Shown: positions 28,725-39,834, counted from the first letter of the stretch. The stretch: DNA of 64,000 nucleotides from Alphaproteobacteria bacterium (GCA_965225945.1 CBDDBZ010000036.1:192001-256000); one strand, 5' to 3'. Notes: generated by a model not told the origin, from the letters alone. Made by a program: numbers and translations.

Positions 28725-30226
28725 TGCTCGCTGTCCTCCTCGGGTTCGCCGGCCAGCCCGTCGTATCCGACGAGGTCGTGATCGCGGACAGTGATGTCGC
28801 GCACTCTCGGATCGCCGGGCAGTTCGACGGGGATGGGCGGGGGTTGGTGCCGCAGCTCGCGCCGCCGGGTCAGGCTCAGGCGCACGGCGTTGGGATGGGG
28901 AACGTCCCGCTTCAGGGCCTCGTCGATGGCCGCCTCGAGCTCGGCGGCGCCGTAGGCGTCGAGGAGGCGCAACAGGGCGGCGACGGTGGCGCCTATATAG
29001 CCGCCGCGCTGGGCGGCCTCGGCGAGCAGGCGCTCGCTGTTGGGCGCGGCCTGGACCAGCCGGTCCTGGCCGCGAAGGCGGCGGGCATGGCTCTTGCGCC
29101 TGACCAGCTCGGCGATGTGCTCGGGGTTCTCGATGCGGGCCGCCTTGTCGAAGCTGCGCGGATGGCTGGCGATGACGTCCACACCGTCGAGGATGCGCAC
29201 CTCGTCGAGCGTCGCGACCACGACGAGGGTGCGCCGCACATGGGTGTGCGGCACGCTGTAATCGTTGAGATCGAAGCGGGCGTAGGGGGTCTTGCCGATG
29301 GCGACCTCGACCCGGTCGTGGTCGGGGAAGGGATCGCCGGGCAGCGCGATGAGAGAGCCGCGTTCCCGCTCGAAGGCCTCGCGCACGGTGATCGAGCGGT
29401 CTTCGGGCCAGGGGCGGTCGGCGGCGATGCCGTGGCACCAGGCCAGGGCCTGGGCGTTGAGATCGTCGATATCGCGCCACCGGCGGGCGGCGAAGAAGCT
29501 GGTCCGGACATAGCGAATCGCCCGCTCCACGCGCCCCTTCTCGTTGCCGCGCGCGACCGCGACGGGCTTGGGCAGGAAGTGGTAGTGGCCGGCGAGGTCG
29601 AGGATCCGGGGATTGAACCGGATGGCGGCGCCGCGGCGCTCCAGCACGACGCTCTTCAGGTTGTCGTACCAGAGCTCGCGGGGCACGCCCTGCCACGCCT
29701 CGAAGGCTTCGACATGGCCGCGCAGGAAGTTGCTCATCCCGGCGTCGAGGTAGAAGCGCAGGAAGATCCGCCGCGAGTAGCTGAGAACCATCACGAAGCC
29801 CATCAGGCGGCGCTCCGCGCGGCCGATCGTCACCTTGCCGAAGTGTCCCCAGTCGACCTGGGCCTGCTCGCCGGGAAGGGTCTTGAGGCGCAGATAGGCC
29901 TCGGCCACGGGCCTGGGCCTGAAGTGGCTGAGCAGATGACGGAAGTGGTCGCCGCCGCCCGGATAGCCGCGTTCGCGCACCATCTGGTAGAGCCGGCTGG
30001 CGGGCAGCGTCGGCCAGGATGCCAGCGTCTCGGCGATGAACGGCACGTATGGATCGATCATCGACGGCCTGGGCGACCTCGCGTCCCGGGGCTCGCCGGC
30101 CGCGGTGAGGAGGCGCTCGACGGTGTAGCGATGCACGCCGAGCTGGCGTGTGATCGTGCCGACCGTCCACTTCTCGACGTGATACAGGCGAAGGATCTCC
30201 GCGCGGGTCTCCTTGTCGATGGTCAT
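28721..30226 (-). CDS. istA: IS21-family transposase IstA
   Basis: [42 protein letters not shown]. Confidence 0.95.
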   Translation of the reverse strand: MTIDKETRAEILRLYHVEKWTVGTITRQLGVHRYTVERLLTAAGEPRDARSPRPSMIDPYVPFIAETLASWPTLPASRLYQMVRERGYPGGGDHFRHLLSHFRPRPVAEAYLRLKTLPGEQAQVDWGHFGKVTIGRAERRLMGFVMVLSYSRRIFLRFYLDAGMSNFLRGHVEAFEAWQGVPRELWYDNLKSVVLERRGAAIRFNPRILDLAGHYHFLPKPVAVARGNEKGRVERAIRYVRTSFFAARRWRDIDDLNAQALAWCHGIAADRPWPEDRSITVREAFERERGSLIALPGDPFPDHDRVEVAIGKTPYARFDLNDYSVPHTHVRRTLVVVATLDEVRILDGVDVIASHPRSFDKAARIENPEHIAELVRRKSHARRLRGQDRLVQAAPNSERLLAEAAQRGGYIGATVAALLRLLDAYGAAELEAAIDEALKRDVPHPNAVRLSLTRRRELRHQPPPIPVELPGDPRVRDITVRDHDLVGYDGLAGEPEEDSEQ

Positions 30227-30663
30227 CTCACCCCCTTTCCCGTCGGGCGCAGCCCCGGATAGACCGCCTGCCCGCAGAACCGGCCGCAGCGATCGCAGCG
30301 GAAGACCCTGGCGGGCCGCTCGTGCCCGAAGGGCCGTGTTCCGGGACGCCCTGCCGGCGTCCGCACCACAACAGGACGCCGCCGCGCGGCGGTCAAAGGG
30401 TGATGCGTCACTTCCTGCCCGCGGCGCCGATTCACCGGCGTCCGGCGCCGCCGGCGTTCGCGATAGCGCCGCTGGCGCTCAGCATGCTTGTGACGGCCCC
30501 GCCGGCTGTTCTGGTAGCGCTGCCCGGCATGGCGCTGCGATCGCCGGCGCACCCGATCGCTGCAGCTCCGTGAACAGTAGATGTTGCCGTGGTCGCAGTG
30601 CCGGCAGAGAACCACCTGTTGATGGCACGAGGCGCAGTTGAACAGGCGGGCGGTGTTCTTCAT
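30223..30663 (-). CDS. Cys-rich basic protein coupled to istA
   Basis: [19 protein letters not shown] followed by Arg-rich helix; ATGA overlap with istA. Confidence 0.7.
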   Translation of the reverse strand: MKNTARLFNCASCHQQVVLCRHCDHGNIYCSRSCSDRVRRRSQRHAGQRYQNSRRGRHKHAERQRRYRERRRRRTPVNRRRGQEVTHHPLTAARRRPVVVRTPAGRPGTRPFGHERPARVFRCDRCGRFCGQAVYPGLRPTGKGVR

Positions 30664-31187
30664 CGCGCAGCCGATGAGAACGGGCTGGACCCACGCCCAA
30701 ACCCGCACGATACTGCGCATATGGGTCGTGCCTTGCATGGCTTGGGGGGTGCGGTGCCGGTCGTTGCCAGCAAGCAAACGGGGCCGGCGCCGCATCGTTC
30801 TCAGCGGCCCGAGTGTACTCCCGCGGCTCCCCTTGTCAGGTCCGCGGAACCGCCGCCGCCAGCCAGCCAAAACAGGAATCGAGACGCCCGCCCGCGGTGG
30901 ATAAGCAGCCCGCCGCCGCCAGACTCTTGGCGGTCGCTGCGGCGAGCTACTTACCCACCGCTGCGCCGAGCCAACTCCCGCCTGCAAACCACGCAGCTAC
31001 AGCGCCACGATGCCCGATGTCGCTGAAATCACCATCTAAGCGCGGTTTTTCATCGCCACCGACAGCTAGTGTACCGACTCTAACGCCTGTTGTGGAACGG
31101 CGTGCAAAGTTGACCCCTGTTGAGGGGTGATCGGCGTCCAAATTTGACCCCCTGTATCGCACCCGGTTCCTTGGGCACAAGTTTGTC

Positions 31188-32099
31188 TCATGCGGCGGGC
31201 CTGAGTGACATCGCGGTGTGCCACGCCTGACGAGCTTGAGCGGGGCTCAGGTAGCCGTTCTTCTCCACGATCCACTGGGCATTGTACTGTTCGACGAACC
31301 CGCGGACGGCGTTCCGCAGCTCCGCGATGTTGCGGTAGATGCGGCCATGGATGATCTGTTCCTTGAGCGTGCGATTGAACCTCTCGGCGACGCCGTTGGT
31401 CTGGGGCTGTTCGACGAAGGCGTAGGACGGCTGGATGCCCCAGAACTTGATCTGGTTGGTGAAGTGGTCCGACAGATACTGGGAGCCGTGATCCATCCGC
31501 AAGGCCAGCCCCCGCGCCGCACCGGCGGAGGTCGAGGCATACAGCCTCGCAAGCCCCATGGAGATCGGCTGAAGGGCGGCGAAGCGGTCGCCTCGCTTGC
31601 ACACATGCCAGCCGACGCACTCGGCGTTCCAATGCTCGATGGCGGTGAATATCCAGCCCCAGCCGTCGTCCACCGTGAACACCCGAACGCCGTCCGTGCC
31701 CCACATGAGGTTGGGGGCATGGGTGATGATCTCACCGACATGGGGATTTCCGCCACGGCGGCGGCAGCGATGGGGCGAGAGCAGGTTGTTCTCGCGCATC
31801 ACCCGGAGCACCCGCTTGCGGGAAACACGGATGCCACGACAGACCCGAAGCCGAGCCCAGACCTTGCGGTGTCCCTCGCCCTCCCAGGGGGATGCCTCCA
31901 GGTCGGCCTCGATGGCCACCAGCAGAGCCTCGTCCGAGATCGAGGGCTTCGGTCCCCGGCGCTTTGCTGGTGGGCGCTCAGCGGTGGCCTGCTGCCGGGA
32001 TTTCATGGCGTAGAACGAGGAACGGGCAAAACCCCAGGCCGCACAGACCCGCTGGAGGCCGTAGGCCAAACCCGTGCCGGGAGAGGTGGCGGCACTCAT
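31188..32099 (-). CDS. Transposase OrfB (integrase core, DDE)
   Basis: GHRKV, WGTD, RMDHGSQY, PQTNGVAERFNRTLKE. Confidence 0.92.
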   Translation of the reverse strand: MSAATSPGTGLAYGLQRVCAAWGFARSSFYAMKSRQQATAERPPAKRRGPKPSISDEALLVAIEADLEASPWEGEGHRKVWARLRVCRGIRVSRKRVLRVMRENNLLSPHRCRRRGGNPHVGEIITHAPNLMWGTDGVRVFTVDDGWGWIFTAIEHWNAECVGWHVCKRGDRFAALQPISMGLARLYASTSAGAARGLALRMDHGSQYLSDHFTNQIKFWGIQPSYAFVEQPQTNGVAERFNRTLKEQIIHGRIYRNIAELRNAVRGFVEQYNAQWIVEKNGYLSPAQARQAWHTAMSLRPAA

Positions 32100-32506
32100 C
32101 GCCGCGACCTCCGCCGCCCCAAAGGGCCGGACGTCTCCGTCTTGGCCTCCAGCAGTTCCACCTGCATGATCAACTCCCCGATCCGCTTCATGGCGATGTC
32201 CAGTTCCGCCTTTACCGGATCGCCCTTGCGTTCCTTGAGCGAGGCATCGATCCCGGCGATCGCCTTCTCACGCCACTGCTCGAGCCGGAAAATCTCCACG
32301 CCCAACTGCCGCGACAAAAGTTCAACCGGCTCGCCACGCAAAAGCCGCAGGGCAACCTCACGCTTGCGCGTCACCGTCCACCGCTGGCCAAGTCCCAGCG
32401 GGCCTGCCGGCGAAACCTGGCCCGGGGAAAACGTGGACGAGCCAAGCTCGCCCTCGTTTACCACAGGCCCATCAACAGCAACTTTGTTCTCAAAATTGTC
32501 GGTCAT
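32096..32506 (-). CDS. Transposase OrfA (HTH + coiled coil)
   Basis: RWTVTRKREVALRLLRGE..LSRQLGV..LEQWRE; GGAGG RBS; ATGA overlap with orfB. Confidence 0.85.
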   Translation of the reverse strand: MTDNFENKVAVDGPVVNEGELGSSTFSPGQVSPAGPLGLGQRWTVTRKREVALRLLRGEPVELLSRQLGVEIFRLEQWREKAIAGIDASLKERKGDPVKAELDIAMKRIGELIMQVELLEAKTETSGPLGRRRSRR

Positions 32507-32644
32507 GTTCCGGTCCTCCTTGGACACTTCGATTAAGCCACTTCTGTGTCCAAGGAACCGGTGCGATACACGGCGTCCAAATTTGACCCCCTGAGCCTGG
32601 CTAGTCCAAGTCACCTCGTTTTTGGGCGGACGAGGTGGTGGGGG

Positions 32645-34156
32645 ATGTTGGTCGTGGAGACGATAGCGCGGATCCGGCGGGAGTATTTCGTCAAGGGGAA
32701 GCCGATCAAGGAGATCGTGCGGGACGTGAAGGTCTCGGGCAACACGGTGCGCAAGGTGATCCGTTCGCAGGCGACGGCGTTCACCTACGACCGGCGGGTC
32801 CAGCCGATGCCGAAGCTGGGGCCGTGGACGGCCGAGCTGGAGCGGATGCTGGAGGCCAACGAGACCAAGTCGAAGCGGGAGCGGCTGACGCTGCTACGGA
32901 TCTCCGAAGCCCTCGAGGGTCTGGGCTATGGCGGCGGCTACGACGCGGTGCGGCGCTACGCCAAGGCGTGGCGGTGGCGCCGTTCGGCATCGACGGCGCA
33001 GACCTATGTGCCGTTGGTGTTCTCGCCGGGCGAGGCCTATCAGTTCGACTGGAGCCACGAGTACGTGGTGCTGGCGGGGGTGACGACCAAGGTCAAGGTC
33101 GCGCACGTCCGGCTGTGCCACAGCCGAATGTTCTTCGTCCGCGCTTATCCGCGCGAGAGCCAGGAGATGGTGTTCGACGCCCACGACCGGGCATTCCGGC
33201 TGTTCCAGGGTGCCTGCCGGCGAGGCATCTACGACAACATGAAGACGGCGGTGCAGACCGTCCTCATCGGCAAGGAGCGCGCGTTCAACCGGCGCTTCGT
33301 GCAGATGTGTGGCCACTACCTGGTCGAACCGACAGCATGCACGCCGGGAGCGGGATGGGAGAAGGGGCAGGTCGAGAACCAGGTCGGGATCATCCGCGGT
33401 CGGTTCTTCACCCCGCGGCTGCGCTTCAAGACCTACGACGAGCTCAACGCCTGGCTCTTGGACCAGTGCGTCGCCTACGCCCGGCGTCATCCCCACCCGG
33501 TGTTCAAGGACAGGACTGTCTGGCAGGTGTTCGAGGACGAGCGTCCGTCCCTGGTCGGCTATCGCGGGCCGTTCGACGGCTTCCACGCGGTCCCGGCGTC
33601 GGTGTCGAAGACCTGCCTGGTGCGCTTCGACAGCAACAAGTACAGCGTGGCGGCGCGCGCCGTCGGCCGTCCGGTCGAGGTCCATGCCTACGCCGATCGC
33701 ATCGTCATCCGCCAGGACGGCGAGATCGTCGCCGAGCATGCCCGGCGCTTCGGCCGCGACCAGACCGTCTATGACCCGTGGCACTACGTGCCCGTGCTGG
33801 CGAGGAAGCCCGGTGCGCTTCGTAACGGCGCGCCGTTCAAGGACTGGGCGCTGCCCGGCGCCCTGGGTCGCGTGCGCGTCCGGCTCGCCGGCCACGACGA
33901 CGGCGACAGGCAGATGGTCGAGATCCTCACCGCCGTGCTGGCGGATGGGCTGGCGGCGGTGGAGGCCGCCTGTGCCGAGGCGCTCGCTGGCGGCGTGTGC
34001 AGCGCCGACGTCGTGCTCAACATCCTCAATCGTCGGCGCCAGCCGTCCGAGACGGCGCCGATCCCGACGCCCGCGAACCTGCGTCTTCGCTTTGAGCCGG
34101 TGGCCGATTGCACCCGCTACGACCGCTTGAGGGGGGTCGGCCATGGAGCGCCATGA
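32645..34156 (+). CDS. istA: IS21-family transposase IstA
   Basis: [41 protein letters not shown]. Confidence 0.95.
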   Translation: MLVVETIARIRREYFVKGKPIKEIVRDVKVSGNTVRKVIRSQATAFTYDRRVQPMPKLGPWTAELERMLEANETKSKRERLTLLRISEALEGLGYGGGYDAVRRYAKAWRWRRSASTAQTYVPLVFSPGEAYQFDWSHEYVVLAGVTTKVKVAHVRLCHSRMFFVRAYPRESQEMVFDAHDRAFRLFQGACRRGIYDNMKTAVQTVLIGKERAFNRRFVQMCGHYLVEPTACTPGAGWEKGQVENQVGIIRGRFFTPRLRFKTYDELNAWLLDQCVAYARRHPHPVFKDRTVWQVFEDERPSLVGYRGPFDGFHAVPASVSKTCLVRFDSNKYSVAARAVGRPVEVHAYADRIVIRQDGEIVAEHARRFGRDQTVYDPWHYVPVLARKPGALRNGAPFKDWALPGALGRVRVRLAGHDDGDRQMVEILTAVLADGLAAVEAACAEALAGGVCSADVVLNILNRRRQPSETAPIPTPANLRLRFEPVADCTRYDRLRGVGHGAP

Positions 34157-34871
34157 GGTCCTGGAGATGATGGCCGCACTCAAGCTCGCCGGCATGCGCG
34201 ACGCGTTCGACGAGGTGCTCGCCGACGGCCTCAAGCGCCAGCATCCGATGCAGCGAATCATCGGCGAGCTGTTGAAGGCCGAGATCGCCGACAAGCAGGC
34301 GCGATCCATCAAGTACCAGATGAGTGGCGCCAAGCTGCCGCTGGCCAAGGAGCTGGCCGACTTCGACTTCACCGACACCCCGGTCAACGAGCCGCTGGTC
34401 CGCGAGTTGGCGGTCGGCGGCTTCCTGGCCAACCAGCGCAACGCCGTGCTGATCGGCGGCACCGGCACCGGCAAGAGCCATCTCGCCGTCGCCATCGCGC
34501 GGGCCTGCATCCGCGATGGCGCCCGGGGCCGCTTCTTCAACGTCGTCGACCTGGTCAACCGGCTCGAGGCCGAAGCCCGCGCCGGCCGCCAGGGCCGGCT
34601 CGCCGATCAGCTGGCCCGGCGCGACCTCGTCATCCTCGACGAGCTCGGCTACCTGCCCTTCGCCCAAACCGGAGGCCAGCTGCTGTTCCACCTCGTCAGC
34701 CGGCTCTACGAGCGCACCTCGATCATCGTCACCACCAACCTGACCTTCGGCGAATGGCCGTCCGTCTTCGGCGACGCCAAGATGACCACCGCGCTCCTCG
34801 ATCGTCTGACGCACCACTGCGAGATCATCGAGACCGGAAACGACTCCTGGCGCTTCAAGAATCGGTCCTAA
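34143..34871 (+). CDS. istB: IS21-family helper ATPase IstB
   Basis: [38 protein letters not shown]. Confidence 0.95.
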   Translation: MERHEVLEMMAALKLAGMRDAFDEVLADGLKRQHPMQRIIGELLKAEIADKQARSIKYQMSGAKLPLAKELADFDFTDTPVNEPLVRELAVGGFLANQRNAVLIGGTGTGKSHLAVAIARACIRDGARGRFFNVVDLVNRLEAEARAGRQGRLADQLARRDLVILDELGYLPFAQTGGQLLFHLVSRLYERTSIIVTTNLTFGEWPSVFGDAKMTTALLDRLTHHCEIIETGNDSWRFKNRS

Positions 34872-35074
34872 AGGCAACCGATCCACCTGCCGCCCGGTCG
34901 CCCAGGTGGGCCCACAGGAACCTCCCACGCGCGGTCCGCCGCCAGCCGCGTGGTGGGCGCGTCGGCCCGCGCGCGGGCCCCTCCTATGGACTACCTGTAC
35001 GACCTCCGCCGTGCATCCCCAAAGGGGTCAACATTGCACGCCGATAGGGGGTCAATGTTCAACGCCGATTGACA

Positions 35075-36190
35075 AGGGCAGGCGCGGCGCAATAGTCTCT
35101 GCATCTTGCGTGCCCAGCCCTCCTTCTCGATCTCGATCAGGGCTTGCAACTCGCGCAGGTGATGGGCGTTGCACAGCGCGTGCCGTACGCCCTCCATCGT
35201 AAAGTACGGCTTCCAGTGGTCATGGACGACGATGCCGCCGACTCCGCCGAGCAGGCTGCCGCGTCGCTCCGAGACCCGATAGAAGGTCAACCGCGCGGTC
35301 GAGGCGACGTGCAACCATTGGGTCCGCCCGGCGATCCGCAAGCCGGTCTCGTCCATGTGCTTGACCGGCGCCGATTTCACCAGTTCGCGGATCACATCGA
35401 CGACGCCTTGGACGGACTCGGCGCTGTTCCCGCCCCTCCGCGCGAGGCTCGCCGGAGACAGTTCCGCCCCGAACAGATCCTTCATCAATTCAGCCAGGCG
35501 GTCCCCGGGCAGGAGTTGGTAGTGCGACAGGTAGACCACCATGGCTCCGATCCGAGCGCCGTATTGAACCGGGCCGGTGATGGCGACGGGAAAAGAAGCC
35601 CGAGTGTACGTGCCGCAATGCCCGCAACGGCAGCGATGCGCCCGATGCTCCGTGACCACCAGGGGCCGGGGCTCGGGTAGATCGAAAACCTGGCGGGCCC
35701 CATGGCCGGTAGCCATATCCGGCGTCAATCCCGAACCACACCACTGGCACGTCTCGGGATAATGGTCGACGGTGGCGTCGGGATCGGCGACTTGGCGCAG
35801 GGTCTCGCCCTTGTGGCCCTTTTGCCCGCCCGGCTTGCGGGCCGATTTCTTACGGAGGCTCCTGGTGCGCTTCTTTTTACCCGCCGGTGGCTTGTTCAAT
35901 CCATCGCTCGACGGTGGCTTGCCGCTGTTCGTGCTGTTCAGGCCAAGCCGGCGCTCGAGTTCACCAAGCCGGAGTTCGAACTCGGCGAGCCGCGACCCTT
36001 GGGCCAGCACCACATCGATCAGCTCGTCTTTCGACAAAAAGGCAAGAACATCCCTATCCATCGAATCCTTAGAATCGACCAACCACCCTCTGTCAAACGA
36101 AATCTAGGCCGTCAGCGCCCCAAACCCACAAAATCTGCCCCCAGAGACCCAATCCGCAGCCTCATCGAAATCAGCTACCTGGGCAGTTAC
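35075..36190 (-). mobile_element. IS66-family element, truncated by IS21
   Basis: End GTAACTGCCC at 36190; transposase NSTNSGKPPSSD, KPGGQKGHKG, HMDETG, VHDHW, HALCNAHHLREL cut at 35075. Confidence 0.9.
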
Positions 36191-36252
36191 CTAAAAAGTA
36201 CACTGAGCGAAGCGAGGGACCTTTTGACAGGTAACGAGTTAGGGAGGCAGCG

Positions 36253-37143
36253 ATGGCGAGGATCGGAATTATCGGCGTCGGCAACATGGGCGGGCCCATG
36301 GCACGCAACTTGGTCCAGGCGGGCCATGGCGTGACCGCCTTCGACCTCGACGAGGAGAGGCTCGACCTGGCGGTGCAGTGTGGTGCCGGGCGCGCCGGTT
36401 CCCTCGCCGAGGCGGCAGGCGGAAGGGAGCTCGTCGTCACCATGCTGCCGGCCGGCCGGCATGTCCGCGAGGTCTATCTGGCCGAGGCGGGCGTTATCGC
36501 CTCGGCCGACGCGGGCACGCTGTTGATCGATTGCTCCACCATCGACGTCGAGAGCGCGCGAGCGGCGCACCGGGCGGCCGAGGAAGCGGGCTTCGTCATG
36601 CTCGACGCCCCGGTCTCGGGTGGCGTCTCGGGCGCCGAGGCGGGGACGCTGACCTTCATGTGCGGCGGCACGGCTAGTGCCTTCCGGCGCGCCGAGCCGA
36701 TCCTCGAAGTCATGGGCGGCAACGTCTTTCATGCCGGCGAGGCCGGCGCCGGCCAGGTCGCCAAGATTTGCAACAACATGATCCTCGGCGCGGCGATGAT
36801 CGCCACCTCCGAAGCCTTCGTGCTGGCGGAACGGCTGGGTCTCGACGCCCAGTCGCTGTTCGATATCGTCGCCACCTCCTCCGGCCAGACCTGGGCGATG
36901 ACGAGCTACTGCCCGGTGCCGGGTCCGGTGCCGAGCTCGCCGGCCAACCGGGACTACCAGCCGGGCTTCACCGTGGCGATGATGGCCAAGGATCTGCGAC
37001 TGGCCCAGGAAGCCGCGCAAAACACCAAGCTGGCGACGCCGATGGGGTCCGCCGCGCTCGCCACGTACTCGCTTTTCGAGAACGCCGGCAATGCCGAGCT
37101 GGATTTTTCGGCGATCGTCAAACTGCTCCGGGGCGCCACGTAG
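36253..37143 (+). CDS. mmsB: 3-hydroxyisobutyrate dehydrogenase
   Basis: IGVGNMGGPMARNL, TMLPAG, LDAPVSGG, AKICNNM, YCPVPGPVPSSPANRDY. Confidence 0.95.
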   Translation: MARIGIIGVGNMGGPMARNLVQAGHGVTAFDLDEERLDLAVQCGAGRAGSLAEAAGGRELVVTMLPAGRHVREVYLAEAGVIASADAGTLLIDCSTIDVESARAAHRAAEEAGFVMLDAPVSGGVSGAEAGTLTFMCGGTASAFRRAEPILEVMGGNVFHAGEAGAGQVAKICNNMILGAAMIATSEAFVLAERLGLDAQSLFDIVATSSGQTWAMTSYCPVPGPVPSSPANRDYQPGFTVAMMAKDLRLAQEAAQNTKLATPMGSAALATYSLFENAGNAELDFSAIVKLLRGAT

Positions 37144-37251
37144 ACAATTTTCGCCGATACCCCCATTCGGGGCTTGCTGGCTTCGATCTTCGCCCCGCTG
37201 CTATAACTCGCTCGTGGCGATCGTTGCGTTGAATTCGGTCGGGGAGGGGTG

Positions 37252-38301
37252 ATGCTCAGCTATCAAATCACGGAATACGGCAAGCCGTTGGAGGCGCGGA
37301 CGCGCGAGACGCCGGCGCCCAGCGGCGAGGAGGTGCTGCTCCGGATCACCGCCAGCGGGGTCTGCCACTCCGACCTGCACCTCTCGGATGGCTTCTTCGA
37401 CCTGGGCGGCGGCCGCAAGGCGGACATCACGCGGGGACGCCCGTTGCCCTTCACCCTCGGTCATGAAATCGTCGGCGAGGTGGAGGCGGTGGGCGAGAAC
37501 GTGAGCGACGTCGCGCCCGGCGACCGGCGCATCGCCTATCCTTGGATCGGCTGCGGGACATGTCCGATCTGCGCGCGCGGCGAGGAGCATATCTGCCCCA
37601 AGCCGGCACAGCTCGGCGTCCATGTCGACGGCGGTTACGCCAGCCACGTGATGGTGCCGCATTCGCGTTATCTCTACGACTATGGCGACGTCGCGACCGA
37701 ACTCGCCTGCACCTATGCCTGCTCCGGCATCACCGCCTTCGGCGCCCTCGACAAGGTGCGCGAGATTGCGACCGGACAGCACCTGCTGATCGTCGGCGCG
37801 GGCGGCGTCGGCCTTGCCGGGTTGATGATCGCGCAGGCGGTGATGGAGAGCGAGATCATCGTCGCCGACATCGACGACGAGAAGCTGGAGGCGGCGAAGG
37901 CGGCGGGCGCCGCGCAGGTGATCAATCCCTCCGACGACGGGGCCCGCAAGCAGGTGATGGCCATGACCGGCGGCGGTGCTGCGGCGGTGGTCGACTTCGT
38001 CGGCTCCGGGCCCTCCTCGCAATTCGGCATGTCCTGCCTCGCGGCCAACGCGACCATGGTGGTGGTCGGTCTCTTCGGCGGCTCCTTCGATCTCTCGGTC
38101 GCGATGCTGCCGTTGAAGAACATCACCCTCAGGGGCTCCATCACCGGCAGCCCCGAGCAGATGCGGCAGCTCATGGACTTGGTGAAGGCGGGCAAGGTGA
38201 AGCCGCTACCCGTCGCGGCGCGAGGCCTGGCCGAGGCGCAGACGACGCTCGAGGACCTGCGGGCGGGCCGCATCGTCGGCCGCGTGGTCCTAGTGCCCTA
38301 G
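37252..38301 (+). CDS. Zinc-dependent alcohol dehydrogenase
   Basis: GVCHSDLH, LGHE, CGTCPIC..C, GAGGVG. Confidence 0.93.
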   Translation: MLSYQITEYGKPLEARTRETPAPSGEEVLLRITASGVCHSDLHLSDGFFDLGGGRKADITRGRPLPFTLGHEIVGEVEAVGENVSDVAPGDRRIAYPWIGCGTCPICARGEEHICPKPAQLGVHVDGGYASHVMVPHSRYLYDYGDVATELACTYACSGITAFGALDKVREIATGQHLLIVGAGGVGLAGLMIAQAVMESEIIVADIDDEKLEAAKAAGAAQVINPSDDGARKQVMAMTGGGAAAVVDFVGSGPSSQFGMSCLAANATMVVVGLFGGSFDLSVAMLPLKNITLRGSITGSPEQMRQLMDLVKAGKVKPLPVAARGLAEAQTTLEDLRAGRIVGRVVLVP

Positions 38302-38307
38302 TGGCCG

Positions 38308-38529
38308 ATGTCCGACGACGACGGCAAGGGCAAGCTCGAGTTGGAGGACGGGGGGGAGGAGTCCTATTCCGCCTTCCAGACCGTCCGCTCGATCGTCCTC
38401 TTCGTCCTCGCCGCCGCCGTGATCGTCGCCGTTATCGGCCTGCTCTCGACTGCGCCCTGGATGCGTGTCAGCCACGACTGCTCGATCTTCTGTGTAATCG
38501 AGCAGGAACTCCGGGATTTCTTCTCCTAG
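38308..38529 (+). CDS. Small membrane protein
   Basis: 73 aa, one TM helix, 6 bp after the ADH stop. Confidence 0.55.
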   Translation: MSDDDGKGKLELEDGGEESYSAFQTVRSIVLFVLAAAVIVAVIGLLSTAPWMRVSHDCSIFCVIEQELRDFFS

Positions 38530-38547
38530 ACGAGGCCGCTCCGAGCC

Positions 38548-39264
38548 TCAGGGCAGCCGTCCGATCGACATGCCGCCGCAGACGAACAGGATCTGCCCGG
38601 TGACGAAGCTGGTGCGCTCGTCCAGCAGGAAGCTCGCCGCATGCGCGATGTCGGCCGGCTGGCCGACGCGACCGACGGGGATCGTCGCCATCAACTGCTG
38701 ATCGGCCGCGCTGCCGATCGGGTTCATCGCCCGCATCATGACGGTGTCGATCGGCCCCGGCGCGATCGCGTTGGAGGTGATGCCCTCGGCCCCCAGCTCC
38801 AACGCCCAGGTCCGCGCCATGGCCGCGACCGCCGCCTTGCTGGCGCTATAGGCCGTGAGTTTGCCCATCCCCTGGGCGGCCCGGCTGGCGATCGAGACGA
38901 TGCGGCCGAAGCGCTGCTCCCGCATCCCCGCGACCAGCGCTTGGGTGCACTGCACGGCGACCCGGGTGTTGACCTGGATCACCCGGTCGAAGTCGGCGAG
39001 GTCGATTTCTCCGAGGAGAGCGGCATGGAAGATGCCGACGTTGTTGACCAGCCGCGTGACCGGTGCTTCCGCCGTCAGCGCCGCCAGCGCGTCGGCCGTC
39101 GCCGCCTCGTCGCCGAGATCGACCTCGACGAAGCGGCCCGCCTCCGGGTTCTCCGGCTCGATGATGTCGAACTGCACCACTTGGTAGCCGTCCGCCACCA
39201 GCCGCTCGCAAATCCCGCGCCCGATATTCCTGGAGCCACCCGTCACCAGCACGCGTTCCGCCAT
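38548..39264 (-). CDS. SDR family oxidoreductase
   Basis: TGGSRNIG, LVNNVG, YSASK, IAPGPIDT. Confidence 0.92.
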   Translation of the reverse strand: MAERVLVTGGSRNIGRGICERLVADGYQVVQFDIIEPENPEAGRFVEVDLGDEAATADALAALTAEAPVTRLVNNVGIFHAALLGEIDLADFDRVIQVNTRVAVQCTQALVAGMREQRFGRIVSIASRAAQGMGKLTAYSASKAAVAAMARTWALELGAEGITSNAIAPGPIDTVMMRAMNPIGSAADQQLMATIPVGRVGQPADIAHAASFLLDERTSFVTGQILFVCGGMSIGRLP

Positions 39265-39372
39265 CGATTTCCCTCCCCTAGTCCAAACTCCCGGGCGGCC
39301 ATCCTATACCAAGCGACCCATCGCGCCGCCCGCTGGGGCGGCTGGCATTGGATTTGGTCGCCCGCGACGGGA

Positions 39373-39822
39373 CTATATCGCCTGGTTGAGGCGGGGCTTC
39401 CAGAACGGTCGAAACAGCTCGATCTTCGGGCAACGGTTCATGACCACTTGCACGCTGGCCGCTTCGGCCAGCCGCGCCGCCGCGTCGTTGCGCACGCCGA
39501 TCTGCATCCACACGACCTTGGCGCCGATATCGATCGCTTCTTCGGTGACGGCATAGGCGGCCTCGGAGGTGCGGAAGATCTGCACCATCTCGACCGGCCG
39601 CTCGATCGAGTAGAGCGACTCGCAACATTCGAGGCCGCGGATCTCGACGCCGGCTTCCTTGGGATTGACCGGGATCATGTCATAGCCCGTCTCGTGCAGG
39701 ACGCGGAGCACCCCATAGCTGAACTTTGTCGGGTCCGAAGAGGCACCGACCATGGCGATGGTCTTCACCGCTTTCAGAATCTCGGCCAGGTATTCCTCCG
39801 GATAGGCCTCGTCGTGGTTCAT
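39373..39822 (-). CDS. CoA-binding protein (YccU-like)
   Basis: TIAMVGAS, IPVNP, IFR.SE, VVWMQIGV, VVMNRCPKIE. Confidence 0.92.
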   Translation of the reverse strand: MNHDEAYPEEYLAEILKAVKTIAMVGASSDPTKFSYGVLRVLHETGYDMIPVNPKEAGVEIRGLECCESLYSIERPVEMVQIFRTSEAAYAVTEEAIDIGAKVVWMQIGVRNDAAARLAEAASVQVVMNRCPKIELFRPFWKPRLNQAI

Positions 39823-39834
39823 CGCGTGGTCTCC

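Larger units (their letters stand above)
31153..32570 (-). mobile_element. Two-ORF DDE IS (IS3-like) with TGT...ACA ends and 21-bp flanking direct repeat
   Basis: TIR TGTATCGCAC(C)CGGTTCCTTGG(G/A)CACA; CGGCGTCCAAATTTGACCCCC at 31132-31152 and 32571-32591. Confidence 0.88.
31091..35074 (+). mobile_element. IS21-family element (left end interrupted by another IS)
   Basis: Ends TGTGGAACGGCGTGCAAAGTTGACCCC / GGGGTCAATGTTCAACGCCGATTGACA with internal repeats; no TSD seen. Confidence 0.88.
23972..36234. mobile_element. About 12.3-kb island inserted in the 5' end of mmsB
   Basis: Flanked by 68-bp imperfect direct repeats; filled with IS elements and gene remnants. Confidence 0.75.
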
